DNA from: Octopus vulgaris
Taxonomy: Eukaryota
DNA: 64,000 bases
Direction of reading: 5' to 3'
NCBI GenBank assembly: GCA_951406725.2
Contig: OX597839.1
Span: 14,694,001 to 14,758,000, forward strand
Below are positions 27,001 to 41,636 of the stretch, piece after piece. The translations under genes and the position numbers were made by a program. Below the pieces are notes generated by a model. It saw only the letters and a program-made list of their open reading frames with translations. It searched no databases and had not been told where the DNA came from. Position 1 is the first letter of the stretch; the number at the start of each line of letters is the position of its first letter.

Positions 27001-29708
27001 GTTCTACAATAGTATAAAACACTTAAATCTTGAATTAATGGTGAATCCTCAACAAAGTTGATTAACTCGTAAGAAATGGCAGCCAAATACCCTACAATCC
27101 TATCAAATGATGAGATGCAATATTTACCCCTTGCTGCCTAAAACAAAAAGCTCAAGAGTAGAGGAAACTAGCAGATAAAACTGTAAATAAACTGTAGAAA
27201 GACAACAGGAGACAATTACTGCATCCCCCATCATGAATCTTCAGCTTTTGATGTCTATGACCACTGATGCCTGTGGGTGTGATACATGAAGATAGAAGAA
27301 AGATATTCCATTTTGGTTTGAATCAAACCAACACTAGCCTGTAGAAGAATTATTCTACTATGTGTCAAGATACCATCTCCAACCAAAGACCAAACTATCT
27401 AAGCTTTAGAGTGAATATTAATTACCACTAACCTTGCAGAGAAGAAAAAAATAAAAGAAAAAACTACTATGTTGCCATCTACTAGAAGGAAAAATAATTC
27501 GAGCAAATCAAACAGTGATATATGAAAGGTTTTGAAATTGGTAAAAGTGGGATACAAATATAAAATAGTACATGATACTTTATCTATTAAGCAATGATTA
27601 TAATAATAGCACAAAATCAAACTATTTTAGTAGATTGAATAAATCTTAGCATATAACTAGGATTATTTTTTATCAACATCACCATTGGTCTTCTCTTGTG
27701 GAATTCTAATTCAGAATTTAGAGGCATGAGATTTAACACAGTTAGATCTTATAAAAGGTAACCTGCTACCCCTATCAAATCACAATAATGATTTTTTTTT
27801 TCTTTAATTGCTGAGGGGGTTTCAATATTCAGTGCAAAGGAGCTAAGTAAATAAATGAATCCATAAATGAATCCAGTAAGAAATACAGAACTTGAGTGTT
27901 CCTTTGAGTCATTTTTGTGAAAAAAACAAAAATATAAGGGCAATAAGAAAAAGTTAAATGTGTGACAGGAAATAGTTAAGTAATCAGAAAAATAGCATGC
28001 AAAAATGGTTTCTCACAGATAAAAAAAAAAGGAGAAATAAATAAAATATAGATCTCCATGAAGAAAAGTTCAGATATTCAGAAATCAGAAATTCAATACA
28101 AATTTCAAAAACAAAACAAGAAAATTAAACAAGGTGAAAAAATATTTAAACAAAACAGGTGCAAAGTGATTTTCTTAAATAACATAATGTAAATGTTTGG
28201 TAACAAAGGATAGTGGTCCAAACGGTGTGCAAAGTGCTGAAATTTTTATAAAACAGTCAAAATTGGTAACAGTAAACTGTGTGCAGTCCAAAGGAAGTGC
28301 AAAGTGCTGAAACTTTTGAAATGGAAGCAAAAACAAGCATTGAACATTTAATAAAATGAAGTCATTATTTAATTTTTGTTGTTTCTTCATTAAAGTGAAA
28401 TAATCCTCACAGAAGATGGATATTCACATCTTTTGTATGTGTACACATTCAAAACTATTTGTTGCAATATTATAACCAATATTGTAACATATAGTCCTGC
28501 TCTGTCCTGCACTACCAAGAGATATTAATATTCCAAATGATCTTCATACAGAAGTGTCTGTTACATTGAAATATTGTAACAAAAAATTCTGTACTCTAGA
28601 GCATGGAACACTAGTGGAATGGATAAAAATAGAAAAACAGAGTTAGGAAGTTTAAACAGGGGTACTGCAGGGTAACATAAAGTCAGTAATTTGGGAGGAG
28701 TAAAAGAGGGGAAACAGGGGTGGAAAGAGAAAATGGAATGATATGATGTGAAGAGTAAGACAGAAGTAACAAAGTGAACAAAAACTGAAGAGATGAAAGT
28801 TAAAAGAGAGAAAGATAGATTTGATAGTTTGACACAGAATGTGTATAGAGTAAAAACAGAGTTAATTGATGGTAAAACAGATGAAGAGTAAACTAAAGTG
28901 ATAGAAAGTAAAACAGGGCAAGGTGTAAATTAACACTGAGACTTTGAAGGGTGAAACAGAGGTAACAGAATGGAGGGTAAAATACAGGAAAATTAAGGAT
29001 AAAACATTGGAAGGCAAACCAAAATGTTGAAGAGTTCAACAGAAAGGGAGAGGTGTAATAGAGACACTGACAGTGTGGAAGACAAAGACAGATAAATATA
29101 AGATATAGATGATTGAGGGGAGAGTGAACATATATAGTGGATAAAAGAAACAGAGGAAGAGGGTACAGAGTGGAAGGTAAAGGAGAGGTGTGAAAGGAGG
29201 AGTAATATAGGTAATATAGACTAAAGGTAATAACGAGGATGAAAGAAAACTAGTAGAAAAAGATAAAGATAGTGGTATAACAGTATAAAACAATGTAGGT
29301 GGCAGGCAAAACAGAGGTGTAAAACAAAGGGTAAACACAAGACAAAATAAAAGGAAAAGGATTGTGAAAAGGTAGAAGAATTGTAGTGAAGGAAAAAAGT
29401 GAAAAGGGAGGAAAAAAAGGGTGCAACTTCACAGAGGTATAAAAAGATGAAGGATCATATAGACAAGAACATGTCACAAAATTACATGAGCAGCAAGAAC
29501 AAGAGGAATAATAACATTAACATCAAGAACAACAACCACAACAAACCATAATTAGGAGCAGTGATAGCATCATTAGCATCAGCATCAGCAGAGAAAAAAA
29601 AACAGTTTCAAAATTTCATCTTGAGGAAGAAACCTCTGTGATTTTTATCAAATTACCCATCAGTAATTCGATTGTTTTTGTGTTTTTTTTTTTTATTATA
29701 TCACTTAC

Positions 29709-29825
29709 GACAATCAAGTTCATCAGTATTGAGAGGACAATGGTTGATTCCATCACATCGAAAACGGCCATCAATACAGTGACCCTCTTCACATCTAAAC
29801 TGATCACGACGACATGGAGTGGTTG
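29709..29825 (-). CDS. Internal exon, LDLa module (TTPCRRDQFRCEEGHCIDGRFRCDGINHCPLNTDELDC)
   Basis: 117 bp; acceptor caacactttatag, donor gtaagt; phase 1-1. Confidence 0.9.
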
Positions 29826-30161
29826 CTATAAAGTGTTGTAACGACAACAGTGAGAAATAAAATAAAATAAAAAATGACAATAAAAACAAACAATTGATAA
29901 AAAAAAACCTTAATTTATGTTCTGAAATTGAAAAGGTATGTAAGATATGATGAGTATAATGAGAACGGTGGTGGTGGTGGTAGGGAATCATTTATTTGAA
30001 ATCAAGAACAAGAAGTTAGAAAGAGATAAAAACTAGGAAGCAATAATATTGTAAAATTAAAAAGATTTACTGTATTAAGAATACATACATATATACACAT
30101 ACCTATTTGTAGGTATTCATTTTATGCACATATTATGCCTGTATGCATATATATTTATGCA

Positions 30162-30195
<34 letters not shown>

Positions 30196-31670
30196 CGTAT
30201 ACGTATGTATGTATATATAAATATATATGTATATATAAATATATATTTATATATAAATATATATTTATATATATAAAGTAAATTTGTTATTTTCAAATAC
30301 AAAGTCATAGAAAAAGCTACTATACATTTCTCAATTGATGTGAGCTGGTTTGATCCCAGGTAAAGATACCAGTTTCAACAGTCTCAAGTTTGCTGGAAGA
30401 CTTATCTCTTGCATTAAACAACTCACTACTGATATATTAATATAATTATTTATATATTCATCAATTCATAGACAAAACATATTTTCGAAAGATAAGAACA
30501 AGTTCAGATGCTGCAATGAAGAATGTATGGGAATTAATAGTTTCCTAGAAAGAAAAGAAACAATATTAATATTCTTATTATTACAAATATTTTTCTTTAT
30601 GTTTTTGTTATCATCATTAAATATTTAAGGAAATTTTGTAATCAGTAACCCAACTTTCATTATAACCAGAGGGACACTGTTGCAAACATTTCCACTAACA
30701 TGCTTTTCCCTCTCTTACACTAATGTGCCTTTCGGTATATATGTATATATGCATGTCCATATATATATATGTGTATGTGTGTGTGTTTCTGTGTGCATGA
30801 AGATACACACAAGGTTTCTTTCTTTCTCTCTTCAATTATTTATTTATGTATTTACTTATTCAATGACAGGATGGGCAAACTATTTGAATATATGAATTAT
30901 CTACATGACATTGTTATGATTTAAAATTCGATCTAGAACAATCCAGAGGAAAATGTAATTCTCAAACAACTATATAAACCCACAGCCCTTTGATGAGTAA
31001 CTACCTTGATAAGTGCCAATGCACGAAACTCTCAGACCTTCAGTCACTCTGTTGCTTCTGCTAAATATTAATAAATACACACACACACACACACACCACA
31101 CATTTGTGTGTGTGTGTATGTATATATAGATATATATAAATTAGAAAAAAACCCATCTTTTATCAATTCAATAATTAAATTAAGTTTCAAATATTCCCTC
31201 ATATTATATATATATGTATGTATATATGCGTGTGTGTCTATATACATATAGTCATTAGAGATCAGATAAATACTCCGTTTGTCATGTGAGTCATACAAAC
31301 AACATCATAGGTGAAGGAGCATTTGAGTAAAACCCATGAAAAGAATTCATTAAAATTATTGCTGTCACTAATAACATAAGCACCACATTCATCATTATCT
31401 CAACCATCACAACCACTACCATCATCATCATGATAAATTGATTTTGTTTCCAGTCTGCTTTTTTTTTTTTTTCACTTTTGCAGGGTCTTGTATCCATTTC
31501 TTTATTTATTACAAGCTAGTGTGTGAAGTTGTAAGTCTAATTGCTGAGAAGGTGATTGCAAATTTGGAAATCTGCCCTGTACTACGAGAGTATATAAATA
31601 TGTGTGTGTGTGTGTGTGTGTGTGTGTATACATATATATGAATTTAAATATATACATACACACCCACATA

Positions 31671-32951
31671 CAGGGTTTGGACAAAATGATGGAAACACCT
31701 AGCATCATAGCATAATAGCATATAATCCTGAAATATCTATAAAACCATCGAAAGCTTGTTTATTTTTATGGTTTTTTTTTTAATATATTATTAGTGTTGC
31801 TTAATATGTTTTGCTAAAATTGCTGTTCCTTTTCAGATATATTGAGAGAAAGGTAATTAAAATTCATTAAAATGACAGATCTATCAGACTTTCAAAGAGG
31901 TCAAATTGTTGGTGCCCGTATGGCAGGAGCTAGCATAACGAAAACAGCTGAAATGTTTGGTGTATCAAGAAGTCTCGAAAGTAATGGCAGCCTTTGAGAG
32001 AGAAAGAGGGAAAAACCTCCCTATTGAAACAAAACTCCAGGAGAAAACCAACAGTTTCAGATAGGGACTGTGGGACTCATAAGTGAATTGTTAGAAAGGA
32101 TCACAAAAGTACAGTTCCCAAAATTACTGCAGAGCTTAATGACCACCTCGAGAATCCAGTTTCCACAAAAACTGTTCACTGGGAGCTGCACAAAGCCAGA
32201 TTTCATGGGAGGGCTGCAATCAGAAAACCACTACTTTCAAAATCAAACGTTGCAATGCATTTAGAGTGGAGTAAAAACCTACAGAACTGGTCCCTAGAGC
32301 AGTGCAAAAATGTTATTTTCTTGGACGAGTCATCCTTTACCTTATTTCCGACCACCAGCCAAGTATACGTGTGGAGACAGCCAAAAGAAGCATTTGACCC
32401 CGACTGCCTTCTTCCAACTGTTAAACATGGAGGAGGATCTGTGATGATCTGGGTGGGCTATCTCTTGGAAATCTGCCAGCCCAATGATTTCCCTTCATGA
32501 CAGAATTAATAGTCAATACTATTTAAGCAATTTATCTAATCAAATTCATCCTATGGTTGCAGAACTGTTTCTGGAAGGAAACACAATCTTTCAGGACGAT
32601 AATGTGCCAATTGACACAGCTAAAGTTGTTATTGAATGGCATGGGGAACATTCTAGTGAAGTTGAACATCTTATCTGGCCACCACAGTCCACAGATCACA
32701 ATATTATTGAACATTTATGGTGCATTTTCGAAAACAAGTAAGGAGTCAATATCCTCCACTATCATCACAAGAACTGGAGACTCTTTTAGTTGAAGAATAG
32801 ACAAAAATTCCTTTGGAAACAATTCAAACTTTGTATGAGTCTATACTTCATAGAATTCAGGCTGTAATTACTGCCAGAGGCAGTCCTACCCCATATTAAA
32901 ATAAATTTGTTTGAAATTTTAAGGTGTTTCCGTTATTTTTTCCAACCCCTG
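31671..32951 (+). mobile_element. Full-length but decayed Tc1-family DNA transposon
   Basis: ~30-bp imperfect TIRs CAGGGTTTGGACAAAATGATGGAAACACCT / AGGTGTTTCCGTTATTTTTTCCAACCCCTG with TA on both sides. Confidence 0.92.
31872..32899 (+). pseudogene. Frameshifted Tc1-like transposase (DD36E spacing)
   Basis: MTDLSDFQRGQIVGARMAG start; FLDES, VKHGGGSVMIW, FQDDN and WPPQSTDHNIIEHLW motifs spread over several frames. Confidence 0.88.
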
Positions 32952-33013
32952 TATATATATAATACATATATACACCTGCATACATATATATGTGTTCATG
33001 AGTGTTACATATA

Positions 33014-33469
33014 CAGGGTGATTGAAAAGTAACTCCCTATGGTACCTCACTATGCTGTAAGATGAGATCTGGCCAGTTATCAGTGCTTGGGAGAATACTG
33101 AAGATTTTATTTTCATACAAGATGGCATCTCTCCACATTTTGCTCTTGTCATTCATTAATGGTTGAATACCCACTTCCCCAGGAGATAGATGGGTCATCG
33201 TGGTCCACATAAGTGGCCAGCCAGGAGGTATGAATACGATAAGCTATGTGTTCCATCCTTCAAGAGTACCTGGTGAAATCAGTTGATGCAGTTCCTAGGC
33301 AACTCAAGAAGCTGGAGGCAACATCTGGAGCCCATATCAAATTTTAAATAAAACCTCATACTAAAAGCTTTCCTCTCATATCCAATTTTTTTTTTTTTTT
33401 GGTAACAATTGCAATTAATTAATAATTTATAAGTATTTCAAAATAGGGAATTACCTTTCAATCACCCAG
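33014..33469 (+). mobile_element. Internally deleted Tc1/mariner-superfamily element
   Basis: TIRs CAGGGTGATTGAAAAGTAACTCCCTAT / ATAGGGAATTACCTTTCAATCACCCAG with TA flanks; remnant FIQDGISPHFAL...GHRGPHKWPAR. Confidence 0.8.
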
Positions 33470-34873
33470 TATATATATGCATATATTTGTGAATGTATGT
33501 GTTATATAGCTATATACACATGTACATTTGGTAACATCACTAGTGCCAGTGCCATGAAAAAGCATCTGGTACACTTTGTAAAATGGTTGGTGATAGAAGG
33601 TATCCAGCTGTAGAAATCGTACCAATCCAGATATAAGACAAGATTCATTGGATCATGTTGAAACTATCTGGCCATGCCAGCATGGAGGGCAGACATTAGA
33701 ATGATGAAGATGATAATGATTATACACACACACACATACAGGGAGTCCTATATGAAATTTATTTTCTTATTACTGAATGTTTGGACAAATAATGTGCTAC
33801 AACTGTGGTACATATTGTTACAGATACCTTCTGAATCATTTCAAATAGACTGGATATGTCCAAGATAGCTATAAAGATTTGAAAAAGAAATATATATATA
33901 TATAAGATCTTCAGTTACAAAGAAAGAGTTATATTTGTAAAGAGTTGTGAGGTCTGATCTAAGAATAAAGATTTATAGGCCTCACATGGAATAACACAAG
34001 ACCAGGATGGATAGTAATATGCTATTTTACAGAGCCATCCATACCATGCAAGCATGGTAAAATGGATATTAAAACAATGGTGGTTATATAAAAGAAGTAA
34101 ATGGATCTCTGTTGGAATGACAATGGGTGCTCAATTGTTCCATCAAATGAACCGTCTGCTTAATTTGTATGTAAGTGGCTGAGCATTCCATACACGTGTA
34201 CTCTTAACATAATTTCCATGCAGAATCACTGTGAAGCATTGTGTAACAAGGTTGATTTTGAGTTACAGGTACATCCATCTAATAAGATTCCAATGCAGTT
34301 CACATCTACTTCATTTTACACGAAGAGCTTTGGTCAATCCATGGCTATAAGAATAAGATCGAACCTTGTTCCTTGTGATTGTGAAGAACACATCATAACC
34401 ATTCAGCTATTCTGCACCTACACTACTACCACCACAACCACTGCCGCTGCTCTCACCATGTCCATTACTGCCACCACCATCACCACTTCCACCACCAACA
34501 CCACTACTGTTATCACTATTAAGTTTACACTATGAATCATCCTTGTCTTGTGAACAGTTCAAACTGAACTTCAAACCTATCAATCTTACCAGACTCCCAG
34601 AGCCATGGAAGATTATAGGCACAAAAGCCTTCCTTTCTACTGGGCTATAAAAATGACCCCCACCCCCACCCAGCCGTCATAAAAAAACAAACAAAAAAAA
34701 ACTAACTTTGCTAACATTCAGACAATATAATCAACTTCTAGCATTGTCAAGCAGGGAATATCAGCCTGTCCTGTCTGATAATAAATGCATAAAGGCAGTG
34801 TGTTTATATGTGTGTGTGTCTGAGAGGGGAAAATAAAGAGAGTAATAAAAAGGATTCAATGTTAAATACATAC

Positions 34874-34987
34874 CGCAACCCGTTTCATCTGATCTATCAC
34901 GACACTCATATTTTCTATTGCACCGCTGGGAGATTTTGATACAAGATCCATCATTACACTTAAATTCATGAGCACCACAAGTTTTAG
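34874..34987 (-). CDS. Internal exon, LDLa module (KTCGAHEFKCNDGSCIKISQRCNRKYECRDRSDETGC); most 5' exon visible in the window
   Basis: 114 bp; acceptor ttttttgttttcag, donor gtatgt; phase 1-1. Confidence 0.93.
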
Positions 34988-35100
34988 CTGAAAACAAAAA
35001 AGCGAATATTTACCATTGCAAATGAACAAACAGGAAAATGATAAAAATTTTCTGCACAATCATTAAGCACACACACACACACACACATATACATACATAT

Positions 35101-35409
35101 CATCATGTTCATCGTGACTGACCAGGCTATCAGTTATTATTACACATCGCTGGTCACAATGTGCTTCGCATTGTTTTTAGCCATCAAATGACACCATCCC
35201 GGTGGCTAGGCGAGCAGGCCAACAGAAGAAAGAGCAAGAGAAAGTTACAGCGAAAGAGTACAGCAGGGATTGCCAAAGGGACTGCCAGAGACTTGTGGAG
35301 CTTTAGGTGTTTTCGCTCAATAAACACTCACAACGCCCGGTCTGGGAATCGAAACCGCGATCCTACGACCACAAGTCCGCTCCCCTAACCACTGAGCCAT
35401 TGTGCCTCT
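35101..35409 (-). mobile_element. tRNA-derived SINE
   Basis: Minus-strand head has A box TGGCTCAGTGG and B box GGTTTCGATTCCC; (ATG)n-type tail. Confidence 0.8.
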
Positions 35410-35416
35410 ACATGTG

Positions 35417-35447
<31 letters not shown>

Positions 35448-35469
35448 ATATATATACATATACATATAC

Positions 35470-35543
<74 letters not shown>

Positions 35544-35545
35544 AT

Positions 35546-35580
<35 letters not shown>

Positions 35581-35601
35581 TATATATACATATATATATA
35601 C

Positions 35602-35632
<31 letters not shown>

Positions 35633-35662
35633 CATATATATATACATATATATATATGTTCT

Positions 35663-35726
<64 letters not shown>

Positions 35727-35861
35727 TATACATATATATATACACATATATATATACATATATATATACATATATATATATATACATATATATATACATA
35801 TATATATACACATATATATATACATATATATATACATATATATATATATATACATATATAC

Positions 35862-35914
<53 letters not shown>

Positions 35915-35944
35915 CAATATATATATACATATATATATATACAT

Positions 35945-35989
<45 letters not shown>

Positions 35990-36098
35990 CATATATACAT
36001 ATATATATATACATACATATACATATATACATATATACATATATATATATACTTACATATATATGTATACATATATATATATTCATATATATATATAC

Positions 36099-36145
<47 letters not shown>

Positions 36146-36198
36146 CATATATATATATACATATATATACATATATATATATACATATATATATATAC

Positions 36199-36244
<46 letters not shown>
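35410..36244. repeat. (TA)n/(TACA)n array ending in (GA)n
   Basis: Direct reading. Confidence 0.97.
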
Positions 36245-36251
<7 letters not shown>

Positions 36252-38407
36252 AAGGCCACTGTACACAAGAACAAAATCCCCAGAGAGAGGAAAATTTTAA
36301 TGAGACGGCGTACAAAATTTTCAAATCGCCTAAACAAACAGATTGAAAGCAGTGAAAAGTCCCGCCTAAAAATAAAACTGTTGGAAATCGAAAAATGTCT
36401 GCAACTCTCCCATGAAAAAGAAAGAGCAGACAAAGAAGCCTGGGCTATAGAAAACATAAAATCTAACCCCAGAGCTTTCTACAGGTATGCCAAAGAAACA
36501 GCTACGGTGCACTGTAGAATAGGGCCACTCCTCGAAAAGGATGGCACACTTACAGGAAAACCAATGAGGGTAAGTGAAATACTGAATGAGCAATTCAAGA
36601 GTGTTTTCACTCCACCCCTTGGGCATCTCCAAATCACCAATCCAACTGACTTTTTTACCACTGCAGATATAAAATCAGAGGCGGCGACGATAGATTACAT
36701 CGATATAAAGGAAGACGATGTAATCAAGGCTATAGATGAAATGAAAACAGACTCAGCTACTGGCCCCGATGGATTCCCGGCAATCCTCCTAAAAGCATGT
36801 AAGAGAGTCCTAGCAAGACCACTGCAGTTCCTCTTTCAGAGCTTCCTTGCAGCTGGCAAACTTCCAGGAAAACTGAAGGAAGGTAAAATATGCCCTATTC
36901 ATAAAGGAGGTAGCAGAGCGGAAGCCAAGAACTATAGACCTATCTCTCTGACCTCACACATCAGCAAGGTCATGGAACGAATAGTCAGAAGGAAGCTGAT
37001 CACCTTCCTTGAAGAGAATGACTTGCTGCCCGACACCCAACATGGTTTCCGACCAGGGAGAAGCTGTTTAACGCAGCTCCTACAACACTATGACTGGGTG
37101 CTGAAACGGCTGCTCAACCACTCAAATGTGGAGGTGATATATCTCGACTTTGCAAAGGCCTTTGATAAAGTCGATCATGGAATGATATGTCACAAACTGC
37201 GTGATCTCAACATAGTTGGAAAACTGGGAGAATGGCTTCATGACTTTCTGAAGGATAGAAGTCAGGTGGTAGTAGCCAATGGGGCCACCTCCATTAACAC
37301 ACAAATAGTGAGCGGTGTTCCGCAGGGCACTGTTCTGGGACCACTACTGTTCATAATGGCCCTCTCAGACATGCCCTCAGCCACGCAGAGAGCCACGATC
37401 ACAAGTTATGCAGATGATACAAAAGTTTCACAGGCAATACAGAACCCTGAGGACACTAAACACCTGCAATGTGAGCTGGACGAAATATACAAGTGGGCTG
37501 AAAAGAATAGCATGCAGTTCAATGCTGGAAAGTTTCAAGCTTTATACTATCAGCATGCAAAACTGAATGCAATACCCAATGAATACACTGGACCCGGAGG
37601 GATTGCAATCCCAGAGGCACAATCAGTGCGTGACCTGGGTATTCACATGAGTGATGACGCGACCTTTCATGTACATGTTGCTAAACTGACAATGAAATGT
37701 AGACGGCTGGCTGGCTGGATTCTTAGAACCTTTAGAACAAAAGAACAAGAAACCATGATGGTCCTCTGGAAGACACTTGTCCTAAGCCACTTTGACTATT
37801 GCTCTCAGCTATGGTCACCATCCAGTGTCAAGTTGATCACAGAACTTGAGGCGATCCAACGAAGCTACACAAAGAAGATAGCCTCTATGCAGAATGTAAG
37901 CTACTGGGAAAGACTCAAGAGATTAAAATTATATTCCCTGGAGCGTAGGCGGGAAAGATATGCCATAATATACATCTGGAAGATCCTGGAGGGAAGTGTC
38001 CTGAACTTTGGCATCGAGAGTTACTCAAATGCCAGAACTGGGCGCCACTGCGTGGTGCCTAGGACTCCAAACCTGCCATCAAGATGTAGGACAAGATTCT
38101 GTGATAGCCTGGGCTTCCAAGGCCCACAGCTCTTCAATATCCTCCCGAAGAACCTGAGAGACCTGCATGGGGTGGATACAGATGTCTTTAAAATGAAGCT
38201 GGATCTCTTCCTGTCAGGTGTCCCAGATGAACCAACTTCACGGCAGGAGGGGCAGATGAGAGCAGCTGCATCGAACTCTCTCATGCACCAAATAGCAGTT
38301 GCTAGAAAGCCCCCATGAAGTGAAACCAAGTAGCAACACCAAATGGCGGTGCCCCAGCATGGCCACAGCTCATAAGCTGAAACTAGAATCAATCAATCAA
38401 TCAATCA

Positions 38408-38408
<1 letters not shown>
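36245..38408 (+). mobile_element. 5'-truncated CR1/L2-group LINE, family A (copy A1)
   Basis: RT-containing ORF, short 3' UTR, (AATC)n tail; near-identical to 43425-45393 and 62005-64000. Confidence 0.95.
36246..38318 (+). CDS. LINE ORF2 remnant: linker, reverse transcriptase and C-terminus, uninterrupted but lacking the endonuclease
   Basis: [48 protein letters not shown]. The N-terminal 310 aa of track ORF 35307..38318 is microsatellite. Confidence 0.9.
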
Positions 38409-40137
<1,729 letters not shown>

Positions 40138-40552
40138 GGTTCCGTTTTCAGCAGAGAGAGACGTATTGCCTCTTCTCTGTGAAAAAGTTTGCATAGATCG
40201 GCGAAATAACCCACTGTAGTTGCAAAACGTAAAACTCTAAGTCATAGAGATCACTACAACACTTTGGTTAAAAATATTAAAAAAAAAATATATATATAAA
40301 TATATACATATACACAGTAATTTTCATTTTCGCCGAAACGTACATGGTGCAAAAATAACTGAACCAAGTTATCTCCTGCAAGAAAGAAAAAAGAAGCATC
40401 TCTCCTGAAAAAAAATCCCGTAAACCAAAAAAAAAAAAAATCCAGACCACATTGTTGGATGAAGTATCACTTTCATCTATTTCATATTTTGTTTATTATT
40501 CTATTTTATCCTTCACTTAGGCCCACATCTTAGTTAAAGTTGCGATCGCCAT

Positions 40553-41578
40553 TTTTGTTTGTTTACATTTTCAATATCTGTTCTCGATATAATAATTTTT
40601 CAGATACTCTATCTTCTAATTAGCCTTAAGATTAAATTAAATAACGTTTAATATTACCCACACTCTAATATAATTTTTGTTTGTTTACATTTTCAATATC
40701 TGTTCTCGATATAATAATTTTTCAGATACTCTATCTTCTAATTAGCCTTAAGATTAAATTAAATAACGTTTAATATTGATAACGTCTAATTAGCCTTAAG
40801 ATTAAATTAAATAACGTTTAATATTGTTAATAATTATTGTTAATTAGCCTTAAGATTAAATTAAATAACGTTTAATTTCAATAACGTCTAATTAGCCTTA
40901 GGATTAAATTAAATAACGTTTAATATTGTTTAATATTGTTAATAATTATTGTTAATAAGCCTTAAGATTAAATTAAATAACGTTTAATATTGTTTTAATA
41001 TTGTTAATAATTTTTCAGATACTCTATCTTCTAATTAGCCTTAAGATTAAATTAAATAACGTTTAATATTACCCACACTCTAATATAATATTAATATTGC
41101 TAATATATTTTCAGATACTCTATCTTCTAATTAGCCTTAAGATTAAATTAAATAACGTTTAATATTGCTTAATATTGTTAATAATTTTTCAGATACTCTG
41201 TCTTCTAATTAGCCTTAAGATTAAATTAAATAACGTTTAATATTACCCACACTCTAATATAATATTAATATTGCTAATATATTTTCAGATACTCTATCTC
41301 CAAATTAGCCTTAAGATTAAATAACGTTTTTACCCACACTCTAATATAATATTAATATTTCTAATATATTTTCAGATACTCTATCTCCTAATTAGCCTTA
41401 AGATTAAACAACGTTTTTACCCACACTCTAATATAATATTAATATTGCTAATACATTTTCAGATACTCTATCGACTCCAGTGAATTAGCGTTAAGATTAA
41501 ATAACGTTTTTACCCACAAACTTTAATATTGTTAATATTTCTTTTTCAAGTACTCTATCTTCTAATTAGCCTTAATAT
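40553..41578. repeat. AT-rich modular tandem array in the leader of LINE A2
   Basis: Core AATTAGCCTTAAGATTAAATTAAATAACGTTT repeated more than ten times, mixed with TTTTCAGATACTCTATCTTCT and TACCCACACTCTAATATAAT modules. Confidence 0.9.
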
Positions 41579-41636
41579 CTTCCTGTCTTCTCTCGAACAT
41601 AATTAGATAGATAAACGGATAGACGGATTATCCAGC

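Noticed and set aside
28410-28520. Cys-containing stretch before a GTGAG donor, possible LDLa pseudo-exon
   Set aside because: No six-Cys pattern or SDE motif, and stops in the relevant frames.
28600-29480. Purine-rich strand-biased tract giving hydrophobic minus-strand ORFs
   Set aside because: Low-complexity intronic sequence with no splice or domain support.
31005-31060. Possible 56-bp exon with AG/GT ends
   Set aside because: Stop codon in the phase-1 frame, length not a multiple of three, weak donor; better explained as a repeat fragment.
4008-34987. Assigning a gene symbol (perlecan/HSPG2, LRP1/2, SORL1)
   Set aside because: Only LDLa modules are visible; no Ig, laminin, EGF/YWTD or transmembrane exon is available to discriminate.
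35335-35409. Possible tRNA gene on the minus strand
   Set aside because: A and B boxes are present, but the sequence continues into a SINE body and tail; no convincing cloverleaf or terminator.
40553-41578. Conserved repeats with variable intervening sequence (CRISPR-like look)
   Set aside because: The intervening pieces are reshuffled copies of a few modules, not unique spacers.
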